DNA of 64,000 nt, from contig NC_043002.1 of assembly GCF_006345805.1 (NCBI RefSeq), forward strand, positions 83,886,001 to 83,950,000. Reading direction: 5' to 3'. A program made the position numbers and the translations under genes. Shown here piece after piece: positions 25,577 through 37,320 of the stretch. Numbering within the stretch: position 1 is the first letter of the stretch; the number at the start of each line of letters is the position of its first letter. This DNA is from Octopus sinensis. Taxonomy: Eukaryota. The notes beneath the pieces are model-generated. The model did not search any database. It had not been told where the DNA came from and was given only the letters and a program-made list of their open reading frames with translations.

Positions 25577-26002
25577 GCGAAATTGTTTTTTCCCACGAGT
25601 TTCCGGATCTCATTTGCTTACAGTCAATCAGGGCTCAACTATCAAACTAGTGTCCACCTAGTCACTAAAATACTCTGGCTGAGTTCAATGGAAAATGTGC
25701 ATTATAGCAAAAACTAACTATTCTAAACGGGTTAATAGGGGTGTCAAATGTGATATTTAGTGTATAAAGTGAATGGAGAGCTGCTCACCGATGATGTCAT
25801 AAGTGTTTCCAATATAGAGGAATGTGGTGCTTATGTGAGACCTGCTATGCTGTATTCACAGAATGGCATACACCATTCTATGCCTGACTGGCCGTACTGT
25901 CGTAGTACACAGTATGTGGATTTTCAAGGTGAGCTCTGATTGGCTGAATGGAAATGAGTTCATTATTGGAGTCCGGAACTCACGTGGGAAAAAAAATTTC
26001 GC
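25577..26002. mobile_element. MITE-like element with imperfect ~60-80 bp terminal inverted repeats
   Basis: Left GCGAAATTGTTTTTTCCCACGAGTTTCCGGA... pairs with right ...TCCGGAACTCACGTGGGAAAAAAAATTTCGC. Another arm copy at 18781-18856. Confidence 0.55.
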
Positions 26003-26330
26003 TTTCAAATTTTGGCTCAAGGCCAACAAGTTCGGATTGGGGATAGTCGATTTCATCGACCCCAGAGCTTCACTGGCACTAATTTTATCGTCCCCAGAAG
26101 AATGAAAGCCAAAGTCGACGTAAGCAGAAGTTGAACGTAAAGATGGACGAAATGCGACAAAGCATTTTGCCCGAAGTGCTAACGTGTCAGTTCCACTCCT
26201 TCAACTGGTACTTATAAGCATTTTACACGGTACAATAGTGATGATATCATTAATCGTAACATTAACATCCAGTGTAAATTGAAATAAAGTTACTGATTAT
26301 AAATCTTTTCCTTTCTTTTTTTTTTTCCAG

Positions 26331-26561
26331 TATGAGTTAATTACAAAATGGATTAAGGACACACTTATCAAAGACGATGAAGCCTTAAAAGATACAACTT
26401 TTAACCAAGTTGACTTCAGGAATATTGTCAGGGCAACCAATGCAGCTTTCGACCACTTTGAACGATATGAAGGCGTGTTGGTCAATAAACCTTACGTCCA
26501 AAGCTCAATCGTTGATATAAGTGTCATCCGTTACCCAGATTCAAAACAGGCTTACTTTAAG
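26331..26561 (+). CDS. Gene B exon 4 (YELITKWIKDTLIKDDEALKDTTFNQVDFRNIVRATNAAFDHFERYEGVLVNKPYVQSSIVDISVIRYPDSKQAYFK); missing from the ORF track
   Basis: Long polypyrimidine tract + CCAG acceptor, AAG|GTAAAA donor, 231 nt, phase 0-0, open. Confidence 0.9.
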
Positions 26562-26802
26562 GTAAAAGGTTTTAAAAGTTTATTAATGTAATGTACTATT
26601 GTTTCTGTCTTGTTTCTGTTCTGTTCTGTTTTCGTTTTTGTTGGTAATTTTTAAGGTTTGGTGATGAGGACAGGGTTGTGTTCCTAAACATTGCCAAACC
26701 ACCAAGATGTGAGATCGTCATGTTAAACAGCTGCAAGTTGATGGAGGATGAGTGGTAAACATAGACAGAGGAGGAATTCCAGAAGGTTGATGAGCTGGCT
26801 AA

Positions 26803-27030
26803 GGCGGCGAGCTGGCAGAAACGTTAGCACGTCGGGCGAAATGCTTAGCGGTATTTCGTCTGTCGTTACGTTCTGAGTTCAAATTCCACCGAGGTTGACT
26901 TTGCTTTTCATCCTTTCGGGGTCGATAAATTAAGTACCAGTTACGCACTGGGGTCGATGTAATCGACTTAATCCGTTTGTCTGTCCTTGTTTGTCCCTCT
27001 GTGTTTAGCCCCTTGTGGGTAGTAAAGAAA
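26803..27030 (+). mobile_element. SINE S1, full length
   Basis: Same family as 3893. Confidence 0.85.
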
Positions 27031-27207
27031 TTGGTTTAAGTCGTGAGTTGGAAAGGCTAGGTGAAGTGGTTTGTGAGGGAGGGGCTGAGCAATAGAGAGG
27101 GTAAACGTAATATGAATGACGAGTGGGTGGGAAATACCATTACTTATTGTTGTTGCTATTTAGGGCATTTCCTATTTCATTTGGAAGGTGATAGTTATTA
27201 GGCAGGC

Positions 27208-27598
27208 ATGTCATGTTAATATAGAAAAGTGTTTCTCTTGTGCTTTAATATTCTCATTCTTGCTCACAACATCATAAGCGGAAAGTGTAACCTCTCGAAA
27301 GAGCTGTTCTTCACTCCTGCTCCAGAGCGTCGGCTGCGGGGTCACTCCGAAAAGCTCTATCTGCGACGATTTCATCTCAATCGAAGGAGAGGGGCTTTCT
27401 CCGGCCGGCTTGCGGATCCGTGGAATAAGCTGCCGGACGAGATAGTGAAGATGCCGGCGACCGCTCGGTTCAAAGTCTCCCTTGACCACAAGTGGCCTGA
27501 ACTCTTTACATGAACACCACCCTGTACATAACTCCATGTCCCCCTACATGGCCTTGCTTTTTGCTTTTTGAGCCAAAAAATTAACTAACTAACTAACA
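27208..27598 (+). mobile_element. CR1-like LINE 3' end
   Basis: ELFFTPAPERRLRGHSEKLYLRRFHLNRRRGAFSGRLADPWNKLPDEIV..FKVSLD, then short 3' UTR and (AACT)n tail. Confidence 0.85.
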
Positions 27599-28017
27599 AA
27601 AGGATTTGGTTAGATGAAGAGGTTGTTGATTTGAATGTTTCACTCAAGATGTTCATTATTCCATAAGCAATTTGTTTGGTATATAGAGATTTTAATCCTT
27701 ATGTTTTATGGAGGCTGAGTTTGTAGGCTGTGTATTTATAATTATTTCCTCAATTCTGTTTCAAACGTGGGTATTTCATAATGTTTTATTTTAGGTCTAT
27801 GTGAAAGTGGTTGGGTGAGAGTATTTTTGTAGTATTTTGAAAAATAATTTAGTTGTCGGTGTGGAGGCTTGTGTGCTAAAAGGGGTAAAGTGTAGAAAAT
27901 ATTTATGGTATAGGTAATTTGCATAAATTAAACGAAAACAAAGACAAATAGCTCAGAGTGACCAAAACGTGTCCATACACGTATGATTATATGTATGTGT
28001 GTGGTATATGCATGTGT

Positions 28018-28250
28018 GAAGGTGGCAAGCTGGCAGAAACGTTAGGACGCCGGGCGAAATGCTTAGCGGTATTTCGTCTGCCGTTACGTTCTGAGTTCAA
28101 ATTCCGCCGAGGTCGACTTTGCCTTTCATCCTTTCGGGGTCGATAAATTAAGTACCAGTTACGCACTGGGGTCGATGTAATCGACTTAATCCGTTTGTCT
28201 GTCCTTGTTTGTCCCCTCTATGTTTAGCCCCTTGTGGGCAGTAAAGAAAT
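28018..28250 (+). mobile_element. SINE S1, full length
   Basis: Same family as 3893. Confidence 0.85.
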
Positions 28251-28755
28251 ATATGCATGTGTGCATGTATGTGTCTATACACACACTCACACACAAATAT
28301 GTATATAAATATGGGATCTATTCCATCTCCAATGACAAGTTCGTTCGCTGGTTGCTAGCTGATAGTGTAGAAAGAGTAAGGAATGCACAGTGATGACTAG
28401 AGAGGAAGAAAGGACAAAGGTGACATCGTCTTCGCACAACATACGAATAGAACAGAGTGGTGACATTTAGTAGAGATGACCCAGAAGTTGTTTCTACCTC
28501 AAACAGTAGTCACTTTCTTCAACGAATACACGTTGTTGATTGGTTGAAATTACCCAAATACGACAACTTTAACACGAAATAACTTCTAAAATACGAAATT
28601 TGGTTAAAAACGTTCAGAGTAAACCGTGTTCTACGTGAGAAATTCTACCAGTATTCCAAGTTTCAAACTGTTTAGTTAAAAAAAGAAATTATTAAAAACT
28701 CTGTGATTGAGATGGAATAAATCCTAAATATGTGTGTGTATGTATGTATTTATGC

Positions 28756-28815
<60 letters not shown>

Positions 28816-29449
28816 TCTTGTGTGTAGTTGAGTGCCTATGTGTGCGTGTTTATTATATAATATCTTGTATTGCTGGTTTTATTTTGAATGTTTGCTTTCC
28901 TGGAGTGGTATCATCAGTTATTAACTTATCAAATAACGATCACATGATTTTTTTTAGTATGTTATGAGGCTTCATTTATAGCGACAGGGTCTGTTAAACC
29001 TCATATGAGATTAATTAAGGATATTAGATTTTCTATATTGTGTAAAAATATTTCCTGAATTATATCCACGTGGATATTGCGAGAGATAGAATAACTTTAT
29101 TCGGCAATTTATTCTATGAATGTAACGTGATATTTAATGGTTGAAATTTTTGTGTTAATAACGTTGTTGTTGGGGATAATGATGATAATGGTGGTGACGA
29201 TTACGACGACGAAGATCACGATGAAGAGGAGACGCGGCAGCAGCAGGAAGTGGAACAGGTGCAAGAGGAGGACGACGGTGATGGCGACGACGACAACGAG
29301 GATGGTGGTGGTGGTGATGATGAGGGTGGGGATGGTGAGGGTGGTGGTGGCAGCGTGTTTCGTTTTAAGGTAATTTTTCGGTGCTACTACACTTTGCTTT
29401 GACTATATATTGATATTAAATTTTCTTACATAATTTATTATTTTTCTAG

Positions 29450-29644
29450 CTTTTCCGTATCCAGATCTTTGCTACAAAAACAAGTTCGTCAGATCCATTA
29501 AGAGATGATCAAGCGACAAGTGGAATTAGAGGTTCGTTCCAATCAATAGTTTTCAGACCACAGAATCTCGTAATAGACGGTTTAAATAAAAATGTAAAAG
29601 CGAAAGCATTACACACAGCCCAAAGTATGTTCAATGAGTCTTAG
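29450..29644 (+). CDS. Gene B exon 5, terminal (LFRIQIFATKTSSSDPLRDDQATSGIRGSFQSIVFRPQNLVIDGLNKNVKAKALHTAQSMFNES*); missing from the ORF track
   Basis: TTTTTCTAG acceptor, phase 0, TAG at 29642-29644; colinear with the exon at 110. Confidence 0.85.
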   Translation, partial: LFRIQIFATKTSSSDPLRDDQATSGIRGSFQSIVFRPQNLVIDGLNKNVKAKALHTAQSMFNES

Positions 29645-29689
29645 AGCAGTGTTTTTAGGAGATGAATCTTATGTTTATTTAATAGCTTA

Positions 29690-29695
29690 AATAAA
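29690..29695 (+). terminator. Candidate poly(A) signal of gene B
   Basis: AATAAA 45 nt after the stop, followed by T-rich sequence. Confidence 0.55.
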
Positions 29696-29754
29696 ACGGA
29701 TTTTTAAAAACCATTATTAAATTGTTATTTTCTTTTAAGTATTCTTTTCTACTC

Positions 29755-30140
29755 TAGACACAAGGCCCGAAATTTGGGGGGAGGGAGCCAGTCGATGAGA
29801 TCGGCCCCAGAACGCAACTGGTACTTAATTTATCGACCCCGAAAGGATGAAAGACAAAGTCAATCTCGGCGAGATTTGAACTCAGAACATAAAGATAGAC
29901 GAAATACCTATTTCTTTATTGCCCACAAGGGGCTAAACACAGAGAGGACAAACAAGGACAGACAAACGGATTAAGTCGATTATATCGACCCCAGTGCGTA
30001 ACTGGTACTTATTTAATCGACATCGAAAGGATGAAAGGCGAAGTCGACCTCGGCGGAATTTGAACTCAGAACGTAACGGCAGACGAAATTGCGCTAAGCA
30101 TTTCGTCCGGCGTGTTAACGTTTCTGTCAGCTCGCCGCCT
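29755..30140 (-). mobile_element. Two tandem SINE S1 copies
   Basis: Reverse complement of S1. Confidence 0.8.
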
Positions 30141-30559
30141 TTTGCTTTTAATTATTCATTTCAAATAAGTTCTTCACGAATATCATGAAGGCATGAAGCC
30201 TAGTTATTAGGAATGTTGGCCTCAAGGTTATAACTTTGACTCCTGAACCGGATGGTGCATTTAGTCCCGTACCTTGGCACTTCATTTCACGTTACACCAG
30301 TCTAGTCAGCTGAAAATATATAGCAGCCATGTGTTAATGCATATCTCTCTCTCCCCCTCTCTCCTTCTCTCTCCCCCTCTCTCTCTCTCTCTCTCTCTTC
30401 CCTCTCTTTCTTCTCTCTCTCTCCTTCTCTCTCTCTCTCTCTCTCTTCATCCAGCCGTCACATCCTCGATATTCGGCCAGGTAAAGAATGGAAAGAGCTA
30501 TGAGGGTACTAAAAACAACTAGCAAAGACATGGTACATGAGAGCAAATCAGATTCCCCG

Positions 30560-30830
30560 GCGAGTGAATGACTATGGGAGTTAGTCCACATTACTCCGTA
30601 AACAGCATAGGACCGGTTTCTCGTTTCTCAGTTTCTCTGGTGTATAATATTACTCCCTGGATGTGACGCTAGTCCGTTACAGGATTACTCATTATTACCA
30701 GCTGAGTGGACAGGAGCAAAGTGAAATGAAGCATTTTGCTTAAGAACAGAACGCATCGCCCAGGAATCGAAACTACCATCTTACGACCCAGTGTCCAACA
30801 CTCTAACCACTAAGCCATGCGCCTTCACAG
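30560..30830 (-). mobile_element. tRNA-headed SINE
   Basis: Reverse complement begins GTGAAGGCGCATGGCTTAGTGGTTAGAGTG with a B-box-like GTTTCGATTCC. Confidence 0.6.
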
Positions 30831-31914
30831 TGATGGCTATATTTTACACCAAAAGTTCTCAAGGGGACGTTTTGGAGCAAAGGGGCACTAGAGGGGCGTT
30901 AAGAGACTTGGGGGCACTAGGGGTCGCTGGAAGACCCACGTCTTTGGTAAGTTCAATTTGAAATTAACAAGTAGTAGCCATATTTTCACATCTCAGTGAA
31001 AATATCTCTGCCTTTTTGTTTCAAATTTTCGAAAACTTAAAAACACTTTTTCCACTTTGATGATACCAAAGCAAATTCCTGGTACCATGTGTAACTGGTG
31101 TCGCTAAAATGAAACTTCAAAAACAAAAACTGAAAACAGATGAATAGTGACAGGCGATTAAAAGAAAAAGTAATGAATAAAAGCGAAAAGCTAAATGTGT
31201 ATGTGCAAGTGTGTGTTTGTGTGCAAATATATAAAGAATGGCAGCCAAAATTTTGGATCAATCTGGCTTTGGGAAGTGGCTGATAGATATGTATTTGTGT
31301 ATGTGTGTATGTATGGGTATCTGTGTATGTATATGATAGCGTGTGTTGCTGTTTTGAATTCCTTTCTGCGTTTGAACTTAAATTGACCCCTGACTATTAA
31401 AGACCCAACCACACACACACACACTCACACACACACACACACATACATACACATACACATTTGTTTTAGGTTTTGTACTCATTTGAACTGCGGCTATACA
31501 CCAAATAACGTGGTAAGTCTTATGTTCTGAAATTTAAATTTTGAATTTTTTTTAATTATAAAATTACACCCCAGCTAAAAACCCTTTGTTTTTTTTTTTT
31601 TGGTGGGGGGGATTTGGAAAACGGAACTTTTTCTTTTCTCTTTCTATATTTTTTGTTAAGCTAAAATTTCTCTGATTTGCTCAGAATCTTCTAATTTCCT
31701 GTATCAAGCAATGGACAGAAGAATTTTAAAAACATTTAATTCATAGGGCCGAACAAAATCAAAAACACTAATTTTAATCGTAATGGTGGAGAGGAGTAAA
31801 CATTTTCGCTTTCTTAAATACTAACAAGAGCATAGTATGATGGAGATTTGGGTGTTATTTCAAGCAAATTGAACAACCACGCAGAGAGTACCTCATTGGA
31901 TCATTTGTTGATAC

Positions 31915-32295
31915 TCTTTTACTTGTTTCAGTCATTTGACTGCGGCCATGCTGGAGCACCGCCTTTTAATCGAGCAACTCGACCCCGGAACTTATTCTTT
32001 ATAAGCCCAGTACTTATTCTATCGGTCTCTTTTGCCGAACCGCTAAGTTACGGGGACGTAAACACACCAACACCGGATGTCAAGCGATGTTGGGGGACAA
32101 ACACAGACACACAAACACATACACACATATATATATACGACGGGCTTCTTTCAGTTTCCGTCTATCAAATCCACACACCAGGCTTTGGTCGGCCCGAGGC
32201 TATAGTAGAAGACACTTGCCCCAGGTGCCACGCAATGGGACTGAACCAGGAACCATGTGGTTGGTAAGCAAGTTTCTTACCACACAGCCACTCCT
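31915..32295 (-). mobile_element. SINE S2
   Basis: Reverse complement of 4805-5204. Confidence 0.85.
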
Positions 32296-32360
32296 GATGT
32301 GTATAAGTAAACAAAAACTAACAGAAAAACAGACACTAGCAAACACACAGACACACACAC

Positions 32361-32409
<49 letters not shown>

Positions 32410-32477
32410 GGGGGTGTATACATACATATGCACATGCACATATATATATATACATATATATATACATACATATATAT

Positions 32478-32578
<101 letters not shown>

Positions 32579-32720
32579 TATATATATATTATATATATAT
32601 ATATAAAAGCAATTAAGATTCAAGTCAATTCTAATGAATTTACTTGAATGCGGTACTTAACTTAGATGCACCAGAAAACTATATGGTGTTAACCATACAG
32701 TAATGTGGGGTGATTATAAA

Positions 32721-33564
32721 CGAGAAAGAAGCAACAAGAATGGATTAGTTTTTAGTACAATTGTTTCATACAAAGACAGGCTTTATTAAAAGTTGCAAAT
32801 ATTGCAGCAGATATTGTGTCAGATAAAGTGTCCCGTACTCATCAGCTAAAACACATATGAGTTCTCCAAACATCTTAGTGGGTGAGGCTATACTCATGAA
32901 GTAAATTTCATTAAAAGCAGATTTAGGTTGTAAACCGACTTCCGAAGTTCTTTAATGATGATGCACAGTCTTATCACAGGTTTTTAAAAAAAAAGCTTAT
33001 TAGCTTCACAGAGAAGGTGAATTAATCCGTAGTGTAGATGTAAATTTCCAGAGATATGAGGAGGAATTTCATACTCACAGACGATGAATTTATCCATGGT
33101 TAATCCACAATGAGGTGGGTATAATTTCATGCTATATGATAAGGTATTTGTCACATTACTGTTCTCTTCACAAGACTGCTATGTTATGACTTCTAAAGGC
33201 TGAAGGAATTTTTTTTGCTCCACAAAAAATTCCTCCTCATATCTCTGGAAATTTACATCTACACTACGGATTAATTCACCTTCTCTGTGAAGCTAATAAG
33301 CTTTTTTTTTTTAAAAATGTGATAAGACTGTGCATCATCATTAAAGAACTTCGGAAGTCGGTTTACAACCTAAATCTGCTTTTAATGAAATTTACTTCAT
33401 GAGTATAGCCTCACCCACTAAGATGTTTGGAGAACTCATATGTGTTTTAGCTGATGAGTACGGGACACTTTTATCTGCTGCAATATTTGCAACTTTTAAT
33501 AAAGCCTGTCTTTGTATGAAACAATTGTACTAAAAACTAATCCATTCTTGTTGCTTCTTTCTCG
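32721..33564. repeat. Long near-perfect inverted repeat (arms 32721-33069 and 33227-33564, ~157-bp spacer); foldback/MITE-like
   Basis: The arms are reverse complements except for a ~11-12 bp indel and small homopolymer-level differences; A/T-rich flanks. Confidence 0.95.
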
Positions 33565-34241
33565 TATATATATATATATATATAATATATATATATATAT
33601 ATACGACTGGTGGAATTATGTATTTTTATGAATTTTCACAAAAGTTTTTCGATTGTGTCTTCTGCATAATGGAATTGATATGCAAAAAAAAAATCTCAAC
33701 GATTTTTCACGTAATCCTGGACTTCACATATGTGAAATGCCAGTGACATGCTGCATGTCCATCAGCAATATTAGCAGACATAGTTCAAGGTAGACAAAAG
33801 CCTTCTTTTTAAGAGGAAAAATGAAGTTGGAAGACTGGTGAAGAAGTTTTGGATACTTGTAATTGTCGTAACCGACGGTGTGCCTGTTTTTTATGTGTGT
33901 ATGTGCGTGTATAAAGATATAATTAAAACAATACGTATACACCCACGTATATATACATATATATATTTACAACAAAGCCTAATGGTGCGAATTTTCTAAA
34001 ACTCCTTTAAGAACAAACGGTTTTCACAATGAATTCCAACTTAATCGGAATCTACTTGATCTGAAGTATATTTGTAGAAAAGAAATATTTAATTTTCTCA
34101 AGGTTATGAAGAAGCAAATCTTTGGGGCACAATTGTATAGATATGCCGAAATATTTGTATATATATTATATATATATATTATATATATATATATATATAT
34201 GAGTAAATAAATGGAACGAAGATGTTATTAAAATTCTTTTA

Positions 34242-34323
34242 CTTTCGACATATGTTTCGAAGACAACATGGTTTTATTCCAAAGGAATAAACGGTGTAAA
34301 ATGCAATCTTCTCATCAGGAAAG
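34242..34323 (-). ncRNA. Canonical type I hammerhead ribozyme motif
   Basis: Minus strand: CTTTC-CTGATGA-GAAGA[loop]TCTTC-GAAAC-ATAT-GTC-GAAAG. Stem I CUUUC/GAAAG, stem II GAAGA/UCUUC, palindromic stem III ACAUAUGU, GUC cleavage triplet. Confidence 0.75.
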
Positions 34324-34408
34324 AAAGAGAGCCTATCTCAACAACAAGACATTATAACAATTACGATGACTGCTAACGGTAAATAAAGGATAATTCATTC
34401 ATCCATTT

Positions 34409-34511
<103 letters not shown>

Positions 34512-34529
34512 AGGATATATATATATATA

Positions 34530-34670
34530 TAACGGGAAGCTTTATGAAAATAGACAAAAGACGAAGGCAGGTGGAATACAAACAAACATTATTAGTATTG
34601 TATGGCGCTCAGGAAATATATAAAACAAGTCTTTAACGTTTCGAGCCTACGCTCTTCAACAGAAAGATAC
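34530..34670 (-). mobile_element. Short repeat with hammerhead-like motif (family of 16200)
   Basis: Minus strand TCTTT-CTGTTGA-AGAGCGTAGGCTC-GAAAC-GTT-AAAGA at 34630-34667. Confidence 0.6.
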
Positions 34671-34681
34671 ACACACACACA

Positions 34682-34778
<97 letters not shown>

Positions 34779-35232
34779 AAAAAATGAAGTTCGAAAATGC
34801 TGCTGTATTATACAATTTTAATTTTTATATATACATTATAACATGTTTCAGTTCCTGAAATGAACCTTATCAAAAAAAGTTATATATAAAAAGAGACAGC
34901 TCATGCCGTCAAACACAAGAAATTCATTTATAATACACAACGGAGTCAGACATCTTAGAGTTCATGTATAGTTGATATATAGTTTGAAATATATGTTCAA
35001 AGTGTTCGATGCAGTGGCCCACGGTGGCGATACGTATTCAATACAAAAAACATATCAAAGTGGTGGAAAGCGGTCAATACAGAAGATTGATGTTTCCGAA
35101 AGAGCGAGGAATTCATTTTTACCTTAAGCAATTGTGATGACCCATGGTGGAAGTTCGCTGGGTGGTTCTAGTGAGTTTTTGTGAAATGCTCGGTTTTATA
35201 ATGCCTGTTAAGTGGTCAATCTAGCGTAGCGT

Positions 35233-35563
35233 GACGTCATCAATGTTTTGACCAATCGTTTCGTTAGGTGGCTTTAATCAAGTGGAACGGGACGTCATCA
35301 TTATTTTGACCAATCGCTGCATTATAACTCCCTCTTGTTTGTTTCCTGTTGACCAGTCGCTTCGTTAGTCAAGCATAGCGGGACGTCATCCAGATTCTGC
35401 CCAATCACGACTTATAGCTACATTAGATCTGCCCCCTGTCTGTACTTGTTAGGTGACTATTCAAGCAGAAAAGGACGTCATCAATATTCTGACTAATGAC
35501 TGTCCCCTGTTTGTATCCTGTCCATTCTAGCAGAGCTAGACGTCATCAACTTGTTGACCAATC
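35233..35563. promoter_or_regulatory. Five-copy array of GACGTCATC-N7-TG(A/C)C(C/T)AAT(C/G) (CRE-like + CCAAT box)
   Basis: Modules start at 35233, 35291, 35382, 35474 and 35539. Spacing is invariant while spacer and inter-module sequences differ. Confidence 0.55.
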
Positions 35564-36869
35564 AGAATCGGGGCTGACCCTTAGCTGTATCGTATGTATC
35601 AGGGTCAGATTTGCACGAAAGAATTTTTTTCCTTTTTATATATATATATACAAGGATGTATATAAAACTAACTCTGTAAAAATGTATGTATGTGTATATA
35701 TATTTGTATGTGTCTGTATGCATTTATACATGTATAAGTTTCAGAAGACAGAATAATGGAATAAAAGTCGGTCGCAATAAGAGATCTCCCAAAAATCTTT
35801 TGCTTTAATTTTTATCTACTGCTTCTGGCACACATATTTACGTCATCTGATTTTGAAGTATTTAACAAATTATTTGGAAATTATAAAGAGAAACAAATGG
35901 TAGATTCGGACTGTCCGTATTTTAAAACCACAAATTAAAAAAATAATTTTGTGTGTGTCAAATTTTTTCTCCAGAAGTTCATGGCTTCACATGAATAAGC
36001 GAGGAAAACAGCGTCAAGATAACCAATTTTCAGATTTCTTTACTTCCTTTTAAAAAATTCAGATTTTATGAATGAAACAAACAAAATCCCGAATAAGAAA
36101 TGAATGTTTGATATGAGAAATTTTCAGATTTTTTTACATCATTTTAAAAAATGGCTGATTTTGTGACTTAAACTAACTAGATCCAAGTACAATGAATACC
36201 ATCCTCCACAATTTGTTATTCATATGAAGTACATATGTATTTCAACAATTTCTGTCAAATACGCTCGCTTTCTTGAGCATAAAAAAATCCTCTTCCTGGG
36301 TGAAAATAGCTTATATGTCAGATTGTTACACAAGTTCTAGCTGTTTTGATAAGGGAAATCAAAAGGGTTTGAAATGATTTCATCGGCATTTACTTGTACC
36401 AAAGAGCACTCTTTTGATAGACAACACGTTGATCACATAAGTGTCACGTGGTGGAAATAAACGCAATTACCAAACTTTCAAGTCATTATTTCGGTTTTTT
36501 TTTGGTTTTTTTTATTGCATTTCAATTTGTACATTTGTACTCCCGATTGCGTACAAGTGCATGTGTAAAACGACGTTCTTTATTTTTTAATCATTATCTT
36601 CTGACATCAAAATAAGTAGTATAAGTAGTATTTTCTAGGGGGCGGGGGGGTACATTTGTGACTCCAAGGGCCAAAAAGGAGACTTTGGCCAAAATGGGTT
36701 GAGAACCTTTGCTTTACACCATTTCACTCAAAATTTGTTTTCATTCTCCGTTTCTGGAAACACAATTACTTTATGAATCTGTCAAGGTTTCAAAAGATCC
36801 AAATTTTTTTCTTTCGCTAATTTTTTAGAAAAGAATTCGGTTCACCTAGCTCAGAAATGGTATCATAGT

Positions 36870-37320
36870 GCCGTTTTTGATAACCGGTTATATGTGTCTA
36901 TTCACGAGTGATGGGAAACGAAAAGCTGAATTGGATACTAAAATTGCAGGTTCTGGCACTGTAATGCATTCGATCCCCAGAAGAGGAGAGGTTGGCGAAA
37001 AAGTCAAACTTGTTTTCATCAAATCGGTTTTCGTGCCTATTCTCATGATCATGGGTATTGGGTGATGACTGAAAGAGTACAATGAGTAAATACAAATGAC
37101 CGAAATGGTCCCTGGAGTAACGATACTTGATAGAGAAATCAGAGAGTTCTCTCCATGTTGAGCCGCTATTTCTCGGTATTAGCGGGTCACACCTCCGGTA
37201 CTACGGTCATATGATTAGAATGTCACAGAAAGAATCTTCAAGCCGAGCCAACCGGCAAGAGACCTAGAGGTAAACTAAGAATGAGATGGTTGGTTAACAT
37301 CCATAGTCTCAGCTAAGCAT
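36870..37320 (+). mobile_element. RTE-like LINE remnant
   Basis: LFTSDGKRKAELDTKIAGSGTVMHS..KVKLVFIKSVFVPILM, then IRESLHVEPL..HLRYYGHMIRM. Confidence 0.65.

Noticed and set aside
29137-29373. ORF with a hydrophobic start and, in another frame, an Asp/Glu/Gly-rich stretch ending at a phase-0 donor-like AAG|GTAATT 80 nt before exon 5
   Set aside because: Built from GAT/GGT/GAC trinucleotide repeats. The acidic frame has no ATG or plausible acceptor after the stop at 29142-29144, so there is no support for a real exon.
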